A stretch of 64,000 nucleotides of DNA. Origin: Octopus sinensis. Taxonomy: Eukaryota. A program made the position numbers and the translations under genes. Location: NCBI RefSeq assembly GCF_006345805.1, contig NC_043003.1:88474001-88538000 (forward strand), written 5' to 3'. Below the pieces are notes generated by a model. That model was not told the origin of the DNA. It did not search any database and worked only from the letters and a program-made list of their open reading frames with translations. Every line of letters begins with the position of its first letter. Within the stretch, counting starts at the first letter, position 1. Of the stretch, positions 35,373 to 47,701 are shown one piece after another.

Positions 35373-36361
35373 TGTTATGCGAGGTCAGTAGAAGAAAAAG
35401 TGTTATGACTCAGTTTCTGCTGGTTGGTGCCAGATGGACTGGCGAAAGAAGTTATGGAGCTTTGTCTTGTCACCGGTAAGGGAAATTAATGAGGATGGAA
35501 AGTACCTCTGACCCTTATCCGGTCAAGCAAGGTTTAAGAAAAAAATAAATCTACCACCCTTTAAAATGCGGCGAGCTGGGGGTTAGTTAGTCAGTTGGCG
35601 AGAGAGAGTTGCCGAGAGGAGTTGAGTTGGCAACAGAGAGTTGACCAGAGACAGTCAGCCAGACCGTGACCGGAGCGGATAAGGGAGTGAGAGGAAGATT
35701 ACAGCGAGAAGGCATGAATATTTGTAGTAGGAGCTGAAATTGTTGCAGACTCAGAACGTGTGGTAATGTTTGTTTATGTTTTTGTTGCTGAATTTTGGAT
35801 GTTGATGTGAAATGTAAAAGAAAAGAGAAAAGAACTTGTGAGTTGTGTTTAAAAAAACAGAAAGACTGACAAAAAGGAAAAAGAACTGTGGAAAAGAAAG
35901 AAAAAGAAGGGAAAAGAACATTGTGACATAAACTGTAATCTATTGAAACGTGTCAAAAAGAACTGTAAAAAGAGAAGAGAAAGACTTTAATTTGGACTGT
36001 TTTCGAACTCTATTGTGTTGAACATTGTTCTGATCGTTTTCAGACGTTGTGTATTGTGCATGCATTGGTTGTTGCTTTTCTTTTTAACTCTGTACGATTT
36101 GTTAAATGTTTTTCTTTAATGTATCTGCAATGTATTACGTTTTGATTGATGCTGTAACAATTGTATAAATTGTTGTTAAATATAAGCAACTGCCTTCCGC
36201 TGTCTCTCTCTTCCTGTTGTTGTTGTTATCTCTAGTTTCTGGCTTGCGTTCGCTGCCCACCCCCGCTTTCTGTGGTGGATTTCCATTTGACTGAGCGTGG
36301 TCGTCGTCGTCACTCGACTTAGGGTCCCGAGTTCAAGTTGAGCGACGGCAGGTACGTAACA
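35373..36361 (+). mobile_element. Solo LTR (Gypsy-type) with ATAT TSD
   Basis: TGTTA...TAACA termini; ATAT on both sides (35369-72 and 36362-65); homologous to 23784-24664. Confidence 0.75.
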
Positions 36362-36425
36362 ATATATACATCTATATATATATGTATACAAATATATATA
36401 TATATATATATATAATATATATATA

Positions 36426-36458
<33 letters not shown>

Positions 36459-36468
36459 ATATATATAT

Positions 36469-36499
<31 letters not shown>

Positions 36500-36506
<7 letters not shown>

Positions 36507-36662
36507 ATATTTCGGAATGGTCATATTGCCAGTTTAGCCAGTAAAAACACACGCACTATATATTTGGTTTATTTTTTATGCATTCCGAAATATAACAATA
36601 TCTGTTTCAACCACAAACGACTTCACATAAAAAAATCTTGCACAACAAATATTTAAACGTAA
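36500..36662 (+). mobile_element. Internally deleted copy of the hairpin element at 30782
   Basis: Perfect 20-bp inverted repeat TATTGTTATATTTCGGAATG / CATTCCGAAATATAACAATA plus the shared 3' extension. Confidence 0.65.
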
Positions 36663-36905
36663 TATATATATATATAATATATATATACAACTATATATAT
36701 TTGTATACAAATATATATATATATACAACTATATATATATTGTATACAATATAAATATATATATTATATTATATATATAATAATAAGGGTAATAATTTCT
36801 ATAATGGTCTTTAAAAAAAGACCACAATTATTTACTGGTAGAATTCGGTATGTAAATATAGCCGATTACCGGCAGGAACTTCTGTAAAGTTCAGTATATA
36901 TATTG

Positions 36906-37772
36906 TATATAAGAAAAAGGGACAGGCAACAGGTTGCTTGACCGCATACCGAAAAAAGTAGAAATAGCAGTCAAAAATGCTTATTTCTAATTTCCACAAA
37001 TGGGGCTCCAGGCACGACAAACCTGTAATTCCATATGCAAAACCAAAGGAATAGATATTCGAAAACGAAGTCTGGTGGTTATCTGTGAACATCATGTTTC
37101 TGGATTATAACATATTGAATATATATTCATATATACTTTTGATATATATTTCATATATATTGCATATATATTTCACATCCTTCTTCAGCACAGCTTTCCA
37201 TTGAAATAGATTTATCATAGATTTATCAAATGCTACGTACCTCAAACCTTCTGACCATGCGACATCAAAATATTTGAAGAAAGCGAGCAAAGGCTAAACC
37301 TACATAGACGTTTGAATTCATAAATCTTCCCTCCAAAATTTTGCCATGCAACTATTTTTGTAGTGCGCATGGCAAAATTTTGGAGGAAGATTTATGAATT
37401 CAAACGTCTATGTAGGTTTAGCCTTTGCTCGCTTTCTTCAAATATTTTGATGTCGCATGGTCAGAAGGTTTAGGTACTAGCATTTGATAAATCTATGATA
37501 AATCTATTTCATTGGAAAGCTGTGCTGAAGAAGGATTGAAATATATATGCAATATATATGAAATATATATCAAAAGTATATATGAAATATATATTCAATA
37601 TGTTTATAATCCAGAAACATGATGTTCACAGATAACCACCAGACTTCGTTTTTCGAATATATTCCTTCTGTTTTGCATTTGTGGAAATTAGAAATAAGCA
37701 TTTTTGACTGCTATTTCTACTTTTTTCGGTATGCGGTCAAGCAACCTGTTGCCTGTCCCTTTTTCTTATATA
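36906..37772. repeat. Near-perfect long palindrome (arms about 400-440 bp, 17-nt spacer at 37350-37366)
   Basis: Arms are reverse complements apart from small indels and a deletion of about 35 bp in the right arm; flanked by TA tracts. Confidence 0.93.
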
Positions 37773-37811
37773 TATATATATAATATATACAAAACTATAT
37801 ATATGTATACA

Positions 37812-37842
<31 letters not shown>

Positions 37843-38250
37843 CAACTATATATATATGTATACAAATATATATATATATATAATATATTATATATATACA
37901 AATATATATTATATGCATATACAAATATATATATTGGCCCTTGTATGTAAGTACATATTCCTTTAAATTTGGTACGACTCTATAACACTGTCTCTCTCTC
38001 CTACATTTCTCTGCCTTTCACACTTTGCACTCTACTTTGATCTGTCTCTTTCTTTCTCTCTACTTCTCTTCCTCCTTTTCTCTTTTCTTGACTCTGATTC
38101 TTTGGTCTCCTCTTCCCCCACTCTCTCACATTTCTCTGTCTTTCTCACTTTGCACCTCACTGATTCTGTCGCCAAGCCAATCCTTGGCACGCTCTCTTTC
38201 TTCTCCCCTCTTAAATTCCTTCTTTCTCTCTCTTCTCCGCCCCCCCCCCT

Positions 38251-38378
38251 TTCGAGACACATGCGATTCGAACTGAAACTCTCTTATTGTGGTAAATTAT
38301 ATGGTTATGGACAATGTGTCTTATTTCAGCATATTTGGCATTGGAAATTTTTTCAGTTCGAATCGCACATGTCTCGAA
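38251..38378. repeat. 28-bp inverted repeats enclosing a 72-bp segment duplicated at 38601-38672
   Basis: TTCGAGACACATGCGATTCGAACTGAAA / TTTCAGTTCGAATCGCACATGTCTCGAA. Confidence 0.85.
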
Positions 38379-38707
38379 TGGGCTGGTGATTTTCTATTTT
38401 GGATATATTTGGGGTACTTAGTTGTGCTCATGACTTAGTGTTTGCTTCTTCCATGGGTATGAGTAAGTATTTCATTTATTTCTTTTGCCGCATTTATCAC
38501 TGACGAATGGAGGGTTCTTATGAACTAACCCTGAAATCGGTCCGATATGGTAATAACGGAATTTGTCAGAAATTTCTGTCAACTTTTTTTGAGTAGCGTG
38601 CTTATTGTAGTAAATTATATGGTTATGGACAATGTGTCTTATTTCAGCATATCTGGCATTGGAAATTTTTTCGTTTGCCCTTATTTATAAGTTGTATATA
38701 CAAATAT

Positions 38708-39113
38708 GAGTGGCTGTGTGGTAAGTAGCTTGCTAACCAACCACATGGTTCTGGGTTCAGTCCCACTGCGTGGCATCTTGGGCAAGTGTCTTCTGCTATA
38801 GCCCGGGCCGACCAATGCCTTGTAAGGGGATTTGGTAGACGGAAACTGAAAGAAGCCTGTCGTATATATGTATATGTGTGTGTGTGTGTGTGTTTGTGTG
38901 TCTGTGTTTGTCCCCCCTAGCATTGCTTGACAACCGATGCTGGTATGTTTACATCCCCGTTACTTAGCGGTTTGGCAAAAGAGACCGATAGAATAAGCAC
39001 TAGGCTTACAAAGAATAAGTCCTGGGGTCGATTTGCTCGACTAAAGGCGGTGCTCCAGCATGGCCACAGTCAAAATGACTGAAACAAGTAAAAGAGTAAA
39101 AGAGAGAAAAGAG
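38708..39113 (+). mobile_element. tRNA-derived SINE (family A)
   Basis: Matches the other copies. Confidence 0.88.
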
Positions 39114-39542
39114 TATACACACATACACACAGACGCACGCACTAATAAACACACACTCCGTCATCTCGCACACCGCTTGCCACCAGCCGTCGCCTAACAT
39201 ATACATACATACACACACACGCACACACTCCCATACACACACTCTTCATCTCACTCATTGTGTTTTTACCTTCCTTCTTTTTCCACTCTCCTGTCTTTGA
39301 AAACCTGTCCCCTCTCGTCTACGACATCCGCCTCTCAGTATGTTTACCTCGTGAAGACCATTCGCGTTTTTTTTCCCTCTGTCCTCCCACCTCGGGATCT
39401 TTCTTTCTCTTATGTTTCCGACGAAGAGCTCCGCTCAAAACATCATACCCTCCTTCTTCCCTTTTTTCCTGAGCGCCTAATAATACTTTAATTGTTCCAC
39501 CTTTTGCGTTGTCTTTTTTGTTTTTTTTGTTTGGATTAACTT

Positions 39543-39593
<51 letters not shown>

Positions 39594-39644
39594 AATATAT
39601 AACCAAGTGAATTTGTAAAGTACTGCACAAGTGGAAATATATAT

Positions 39645-39705
39645 TTTTTTGTTTTATTTTATCTAGTTTCAGCTCACGAGCTGTGGCCATGCTGGGGCAC
39701 CGCCA
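39645..39705 (-). mobile_element. Tail-only fragment of the CR1/L2-group LINE; another at about 30555-30617
   Basis: TCTAGTTTCAGCTCACGAGCTGTGGCCATGCTGGGGCACCGCCAT is the reverse complement of 16736-16780. Confidence 0.8.
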
Positions 39706-40004
39706 TATATGAACGAGGGTCTGAAAATGCAATTTTAAAAGATGTTTATTCACTTGACCGGTGTCACTTTTTTAGTAAAAGTTTTTCAAAAGTAAAATGT
39801 AAAAGCTTTGTTGTGTTAAGTACTGGTTTTCACAAAATATTACAATATATATATATACATTCTTTGATAATAATAAAATGTTCAAAACAGTTTACAAGGA
39901 AAAATCTTGAGAAAATATTAAAAAGTTCAATAATATTAAGATTTCATTAAAAATCATTCCAAATATTCATTAAAAATCATTCCACTGATTCCAAACACTG
40001 ATTC

Positions 40005-40720
40005 TAAACAATACCTAAAGCAGATGAAGACAAATATCCCCTTCAACCTAGCGAGAAGAATCTGCACAATTGTCTAAAATTATAGAACATGAAATAAAAG
40101 ACTCCGGAACTAAAGGCAATTCTTCTCGAAAGACATTACCCAGCATCACTAGTTGACAATGGAATAAAACGGGCCAAATCAATTACCCAAGATTTACGAA
40201 AACCAAAAGACACTCACAGTACAGTAAATAGCCTCCCCATACCTATCAACACACAATCCAATTGTATACAAGAACATTCCACAGCTGAATCAAGACCCAC
40301 GTCTAAAAAAAGTACTCGCAACCCATAAAATAATAAAAAGCAAAAGACAACCCAAATCCCTAAAAAAACCTACTCACCAATGCAAAATTACCCAACACAA
40401 ATCCACCGCCCACCGTCAAAATATGTGGTTGTTCCAACTGCAGGACTTGCATCCACCTCATTGAAGGAACAATGTACAAATTCCAGTCGGGACACACTTT
40501 TGTCATAAAAATAACTTCACCTGCGCATCAAAGAATTTACTCTATGTCATAAGGTGTGAAGGGTGCCAAAAAGACAACATAGGGCAAACGAGCCTTACCC
40601 TCAGAGAAAGAATGACAGTTCACCGCCAACAACTGGGCGATCCCACCACAAGACGGATACCACTTAGTGGGCATTTAGACCTCTGTGCACACAAGTCCCC
40701 CAATATTCCTAGTTTTCTCA
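40005..40720 (+). mobile_element. Penelope-like 3' fragment (RT thumb to GIY-YIG)
   Basis: NIPFNLARRICTIV; LLERHYPASLVDNGIKRAK; CGCSNCRTC; NLLYVIRCEGC...IGQT...RMTVHRQ. Confidence 0.78.
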
Positions 40721-41367
40721 CATTTTACATATTACTTTTGACAATCTTTTTCTAAAAAAGTGAAACCAGAAAAGTGAATAAAAATCTTTTAAGATTGCAT
40801 TTTCAAATCTTCTTTTATATATACAAATATATATATATATATATGTATCAAATAAAATAAAAAACAGAACACAAAGGATGTCGCGGTACACATGTTTTGA
40901 GCTTTATAAAACAACTTATTCCTACATCAATGTATAATCAACATAACAGATAGTTTGAAGCCCTCTTCAGCCGCATGCAATTGCTACACCAAAGACTTGC
41001 ATCACATTATGAAAGGTCTGAGAAAGAACATTTGGTATTATTTATAATGGTAAGTAAACTGAGTATCACTGAGAAAGTATGTTTGAAAATCTTCATAATC
41101 AAATAGGTGTACAGGGTATTATTGGACTCCAAAAATCCATCCATACTGTTTTCTCACTCAATATAGAGTGAATACTGGGTAAATTCCGGTTGGGTTCATT
41201 CCTCTTGTAAGGGAAGGAAATATTTGAAACATGTGTACCGCAACATCCATTGTGTTCTGTTTATTATTTCATCTGATACATATATCCTCTCACCTCTGCT
41301 ACTAGCTGGCATATACAGGTGCTTACACTTATCAAGTATTCACCCTGAATTTATTGTATATATATAT

Positions 41368-41424
<57 letters not shown>

Positions 41425-41464
41425 AAATTTAGAGGACTGACCACTAAAAGTGGACAGCCTGTAT

Positions 41465-42840
41465 GCTAGATATAGACATCAAAATCGCCATTTTCCATGA
41501 AGAATGTGTTCTCAAGAAAAAATTCAGCAAAAAACCCAAGTATAAAAATAAGCAAGACAAATGAAAATATACGAAATAAAAAACGATTCGATGACATAGA
41601 CTTCCTCACACACATTCCAAATACAGTTCCGCAAAACACCATACTTGCAAGCTTCGATGTCACAAACTTATACACGAACATACCACACACCCTAGGTCTA
41701 GAAGCAATAAAACAATCGGTAGAAAAATACAGGGGACTCATAGATAAAAGTTTCAAGACAGACTTTATCACCCAAGCACCCAATTAATACTTGAAGAAAA
41801 TACATTCTCATTCAACAAGACATACTAACAGATAAAGGGCATGGCTATGGGTACAAAATTCACACCTTCATATGCCAACCTGGTGATGGGTTTCCTTGAG
41901 AACAAACTATATGATAAAATAGGGAAAGTCTTCGAACACGACTTCAGAGAAGACATCAAGAAAAAGTGGAAACACTACCTTGATGACTGCTTCATCTTTT
42001 GGAACAGATTAGAAGAAAACCTACGAACATTCCACAACATCTTCAACACACTGCACCCATCTATCAACTTCACAATAGATACCAGCCACAACAAACTTCC
42101 CTTCCTAGACATCAACATCAAGATACACAACTCCATCATCACAACAGACATCCACTACAAAAAAACTGACACACACCAATATTTAAATTTCCACTCCTGC
42201 CACCCATCCCACATAAAAAGAAACATCCCATATAGTATGGCAAGACGTATATACAGCATAGTAACTGACTCACAAACACGCCTAATAAGACTAGATGAAC
42301 TTAAAAACTTCCTACTAGAACAAAAATACCCCCTTAAACTAATAAAAAATGGAATCTCAAGAGCAATGAAACTGGACATCACACAACTCAGGACACCCAA
42401 AACAAAAAATAAAGAAACATTATCCCTTTCATAAACAGACACAACTCTGGAGTTACTAACATGTTTCAAATCATACATTCAAACCTACCAGTAGTCCTAC
42501 AAAGCCCCCAAATGGAAAACATACAAAACAAATATTGCATAAAAAACAGCAGACGACAAGACAAAAACCTGAAGAAACAACTAACAAGAGTGAAATTCTC
42601 ATCAGAAGCTAAAACTGAATTCTTTGTAAAAGAGTGCGGAGATGGTAGGTGTGGGATCTGCAGTAACCCCACCTACAAATACATAGAGGGAGACAAAGAA
42701 ATGAAATTTAAAATTGGTCACATATTCAAAATAAATGCAGATATGAACTGCAAAACAGAGAACGTAATATACTGCATAACCTGCCCCACATGCAAGAAGG
42801 ATTATATAGGTGAAACTGGAAATTCTTTATGCCAATATGG
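41465..42840 (+). mobile_element. Penelope-like element, RT and GIY-YIG pseudogene
   Basis: SFDVTNLYTNIPH; AMGTKFTPSYANL; HYLDDCF; PFLDI; KKTDTHQYLNFHSCHP; NVIYCITC..C..DYIGETG. Confidence 0.9.
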
Positions 42841-43480
42841 ATCCAAATGCTCAATGCATTTCCAAGATTATGGGAGCTTGTCACGAAGCTTTTGCTCCTT
42901 ATAATGTAATCCTTGAGGAAAAGAAGACCATCCAAGGAACTCTCAACTGGATATTTAAGCACATCGAACAATAAGAACAGCCAGAGTCAGCTGTTGATGT
43001 TGATGATCCACAGCCATCTACATCCGCGATGCAAATCCCAAATTGCATGTACATATTGGTAAATAATTAATTTGTTTTTACTATTGCAAAGTAATAATAA
43101 TTACTGAATTTGTTTTTTAAGCCTCAAAAATGACTTATTGTAAACTGCATTCATAAATAAAGCATGCACGATGTACAGTAAACACCACCAAATTGTATTT
43201 GTAAATTTGGATTACTTTTTTCTACTGTACTGTATTAAAAAGTAAAAATTATTTATTTGTGAGCTTAAAATAGGTTTTTATTAACCATGTATTATTGAAG
43301 ATGCACTCATAAATAAAGTACAGAACTGGAAATGAATATTATCAGTTTAACTTAGAGAGAAGTAAATTTGGCTTACCATAACCTAGAGACAAGTTAATTC
43401 GACTTCAGTTGTTTTTCGACTTAAGACATGTCTCCTGAAACCAATTAACGGAGGGTGAGGTATGGCTGTATATATAAACA

Positions 43481-43620
43481 CTAGCAGTATAACCCGGCCT
43501 TTTTCGGGATTACGTTACGATTATTAAGCTAATCAAGTTCTTTATTTCAAACCAAACTAGGTAATATAGACGTTAAATTTGGGCAAAATCCATTGAAATT
43601 AGTTATATTATATATGTATT
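43481..43620 (-). mobile_element. 3' end of a non-autonomous Helitron; 5' extent unresolved
   Basis: + strand A|CTAGCAGTATAACCCGGCCTTTTTCGGG, the same terminus pattern as 18754 and 47702. Confidence 0.55.
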
Positions 43621-45184
43621 ATATATATATAATATAAATATATTTGGGCAACAGACACGAACACACATACACACACATACGTACGTACACCTATTGCATG
43701 TTTTGTGCATGCATACATGTTCATAAACAGAAATGAATGGAAAAAATGTTGTTAAATTTGTAGATTAACACTCGCACGATTTTCACTAAGAAAAAAATTG
43801 TTTTTTTTGCGTGGAATCAACTACTCTAGCCTCAAAACCCATTTGTGGTCCGTGAAACGGAGTGGGGTGTGGGGGAAGCCTCGCAAATTGTACCCATTTA
43901 TATTGTGTAATTCACTGACAAATTTTTACTCACCTCTTTGTTTTTTTGTTGTTAAATAAATGGATTGTCAACAAAACACTTTTTTACTCAGCGCAAAATA
44001 AAAACAAAACTCTTTCGCACCCAAAGTAATGTGTGTGAGAGAGAGAGAGAGGGGGGAGAAAGACGAACGATTTAAAATAAATATATTGCAATTTGGTTTT
44101 GGATTTGGTTTGCAAGATTCTTTATAGGAGTTCGTGTGTTGAAGCATATTCTGTTGTGTCTGGGGAGAGTCATTTTCTTTTTGTGCCTTATTTAACACAT
44201 TCACCGGTAAAATTTCCGGTTATTCCTTATTTTTATTTTCCTAAAATTTTCATTGCGCCTTGCAACCTTTTCATAGTTTTGACTCTGTCCGTTATTTACA
44301 CTGCATTCCCTTTTGTTTGTTTGTGCGCATGTGTGTGGGTCAGTGTGTGTGTGTGCCTATACATGCACGCATGTATGTGTGTGTGTGTGTTTGCATGTGT
44401 GTATGCATATGTATATATGTATGTATGTGTGTGCATCTGTATGTACGTATCCTGCATATTTATGTGCTTGCCTGTCCGTGTTTGTGTATTTTCTATGTAT
44501 GTGTGTGTGAGCATGTGTTTGTATATATATGCACCTCTGTCTCCTTGTGTGTGTGTGTTATGTAACTATGTACCATGTTTGTATGTATGGATGTGCATCT
44601 TTATATGTGTGGATCCATGTCTCCATGTGAGTCTGTTCATATAGTCTATATATAATTATCCGTCTGTATATTGATCTGTTTATTTACATATCTAACATAC
44701 AAACACACACACACACACGGACCCACACACATGCGCACAAACAAATAAAAGGAAACGCAGTATATTATAATTATTGTGTGAGAAAGTATATATACTATGA
44801 TTATAAAATAGTGCCTTTCAAAAACAAAAAACAAAACATTTTACATTTTATTTTCTATGAACATCATCACTTACTCTCTTTCTCTCTCATTTTGTCTTTC
44901 CCGTGAAACTCTCTGCTTCCTTCTTCAACTTTTCTTTATCTCTTTTTTTTTTGTTAGACGCTGTCAAAAAGCAATGGCCGATAGTTTTTATGGCTAAAAT
45001 CTATGTCTGAAAATAGATATTTACACTATCCATGGGTGCTTCAGGGAAAAAAATAAGTACACACACACACATCATGCCTTTTATAGATATGATATATACA
45101 TATACATGTATACATCTGTATATATATATATATATGTATGTATGTATATAAATATACACACACACACTCACATATATATATAAA

Positions 45185-45380
45185 TACATATATCTATATG
45201 TACATACATATATCTATATGTACATACACATATCTATATGTACATACACATATCTATATGTACATACACATATCTATATGTACATACACATATCTATATG
45301 TACATACACATATCTACATGTACATACACATATCTATATGTACATACATATATCTATATATACATACATATATCTATATA
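45185..45380. repeat. 20-bp minisatellite TACATACACATATCTATATG, about 10 copies
   Basis: Direct inspection. Confidence 0.9.
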
Positions 45381-45414
45381 TATATACATATATATATATA
45401 CATATATATACATA

Positions 45415-45802
45415 TATCAGAATGGAAATCAATCAATGGAAATTGCAGATGTGTTACCAGTGCCGGTGGCATGTAAGAGAACCTTCCGTTTCGCGACCGT
45501 TGCCAGCACCGCCCCGTTTCGTGTCCGTTGCCAGCCTCGCCTGGCCCTTGTGCCGGTGGCACATAAAAAGCACCATCCGTTCGTGGCCGTTTGCCAGCTC
45601 TGTCTGGCACCTGTGCGGGTGGCACGTAAAAAGCACCCACTACACTCACGGAGTGGTTGGCGTTAGGAAGGGCATCCAGCCGTAGAAACACTGCCAGATT
45701 TGACTGGGCCTGATGAAGCCTTCTGGCTTCACAGACCCCAGTAGAACCGTCCAACCCATGCTAGCATGGAAAACGGACGCTAAACGACGATGATGATGAT
45801 GA
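45415..45802 (+). mobile_element. RTE 3'-UTR fragment with (GAT)n tail
   Basis: Repeated GTGCCGGTGGCA motifs, GGCGTTAGGAAGGGCATCCAGC, ACGCTAAACGACGATGATGATG. Confidence 0.85.
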
Positions 45803-45943
45803 TATACGTACATATATAAATACATACATTTATACATATATATACATATACATATACATACATTTATACATATATATACATACATATATACATACATATA
45901 TATGCATACATACATATATATGCAAACATATATGAATACATAC

Positions 45944-45990
<47 letters not shown>

Positions 45991-46051
45991 GTATGTATGC
46001 ATATATATGTATATATATGTATATATATATATATATATATCCATACATATA

Positions 46052-47681
46052 TAGGGGTTGGACAAAATAATGGAAACACCTTAAAATTGCAAACAAATTA
46101 ATTTTAATATGGGTAGTAATTACAGCTTGAATTCTATAAGGTATGGACTCATACAAAATTTGAATCGTTTCCAAAGGAATTTTTGTCCATTCTCCAACTA
46201 AAACAGTCTCCAGTTCTTATAGTGATGATGGTGGGGGATATTGACTCCCTACTTGTTTTTCTAAAATGCACCATAAATGTTCAATAAGATCTGGGGACTG
46301 TGGTAGCCAGATAAGATGATCAACTTCACTAGAATGTTCCTCATGTCATTCACTAACAACTTTAGCTGTGTGAATTGGTGCATTATCATCCTGAAAGATT
46401 GCGTTTCTCTCCAGAAACAGTCCCGCAATGGCACAGGATGAATTTGATCAGATAAAATGCTGAAATAATCTTGACTATTAATTCTGCTATGAAGGGAAAC
46501 CATTGGGCCGGCAGATTTCCAAGATATACCCCACCCCCATCATCACAGATCCTCCTTCATGTTTAACAGTTGGAAGAAGGCAGTCTGGGTCAAATGCTTC
46601 TTTTGGCTGTCTGCACATGTATAGTCGGCCGGTGGTCGGAAATAAGGTAATGGATGACTTGTCCAAGACAATAACATTCTTTCACTGCTCTAGGGACCAA
46701 TTCTGTAGGTTTCTACTCCACTCTAAATGCTTTGCAACTTTTCCTTGAAATTCAGCTTTCTGCAACTCCCAGCGAACAGTTTTTGTGGAAACTCAGTTCT
46801 CGAGGTGGTCATTAAACTCTGCAGTAATTTTGGGAGCTGTACTTTTGTGATCCTTTCTAATAATTCACATAAGAGTCCAACGGTCCCTATCTGAAAGTTT
46901 GGGTTTTCTTCTGGATTTTTGTTTCGACAATGAGCTTTTTCCCCTCTTTCTCAAAGTCTGTCATTACTTTCAAGACAGTACTTCTTGATGCATAAACATT
47001 TCAGCTTTTTTCATTACGCTAGCACCTACCATACGAGCACAAAAAATTTGACCCTTCTGAAAGTCCGATAGATCTGTCATTTTAATGAATTTTAATTACC
47101 TTTTTCTGATGATATCTGAAAAGAAATAGCAATTTTAGCAAAGCATATTAAGTAACACTAATAATAAACCAAAAAACAAAAAAATAAACAAGCGCAGGAG
47201 TGGCTGTGTGGTAAGTAGCTTGCCTAACAACCACATGGTTCTGGGTTCAGTCCCACTGCGTGGCATCTTGGGCAAGTGTCTTCTGCTATAGCCTCGGGCC
47301 GACCAATGCCTTGTGAGTGGATTTGGTAGACGGAAACTAAAAGAAGCCTGTCGTATATATGTATATATATGTATGTATGTGTATGTATATGTTTGTGAGT
47401 CTGTGTTTGTCCCTCTAGCATTGCTTGACAACCAATGCTGGTGTGTTTACGTCCCCGTCACTAGCAGTTCGGCAAAAGAGACCGATAGAATAAGTACTGG
47501 GCTTACAAAGAATAAGTCCCGGGGTCGATTTGCTCGACTAAAGGCGGTGCTCCAGCATGGCCGCAGTCAAATGACTGAAACAAGTAAAAGAGTAAAAGAG
47601 AAAGAGAGTAAGCTTTTGATGGTTCTATAGATATTACAGTGCTATGATGCTAGGTGTTTCCATTATTTTGTCCAACCCCTG
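46052..47681 (-). mobile_element. Tc1-like DNA transposon, decayed, with a SINE inserted
   Basis: 30-bp TIRs (C/T)AGGGGTTGGACAAAATAATGGAAACACCT at 46052-81 and 47652-81; TA flanks; minus-strand remnants RINSQDY..ILSDQIHP, FQDDNAPIHTAK and PQSPDL. Confidence 0.88.
47191..47610 (+). mobile_element. tRNA-derived SINE (family A) nested in the Tc1
   Basis: Matches the other copies. Confidence 0.88.
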
Positions 47682-47701
47682 TATATATATATATATATAT
47701 A

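Noticed and set aside
40940-40975. Minus-strand CTGAAGA-GGGCTTC-AAAC
   Set aside because: GAAA is mutated and stems II and III do not form convincingly.
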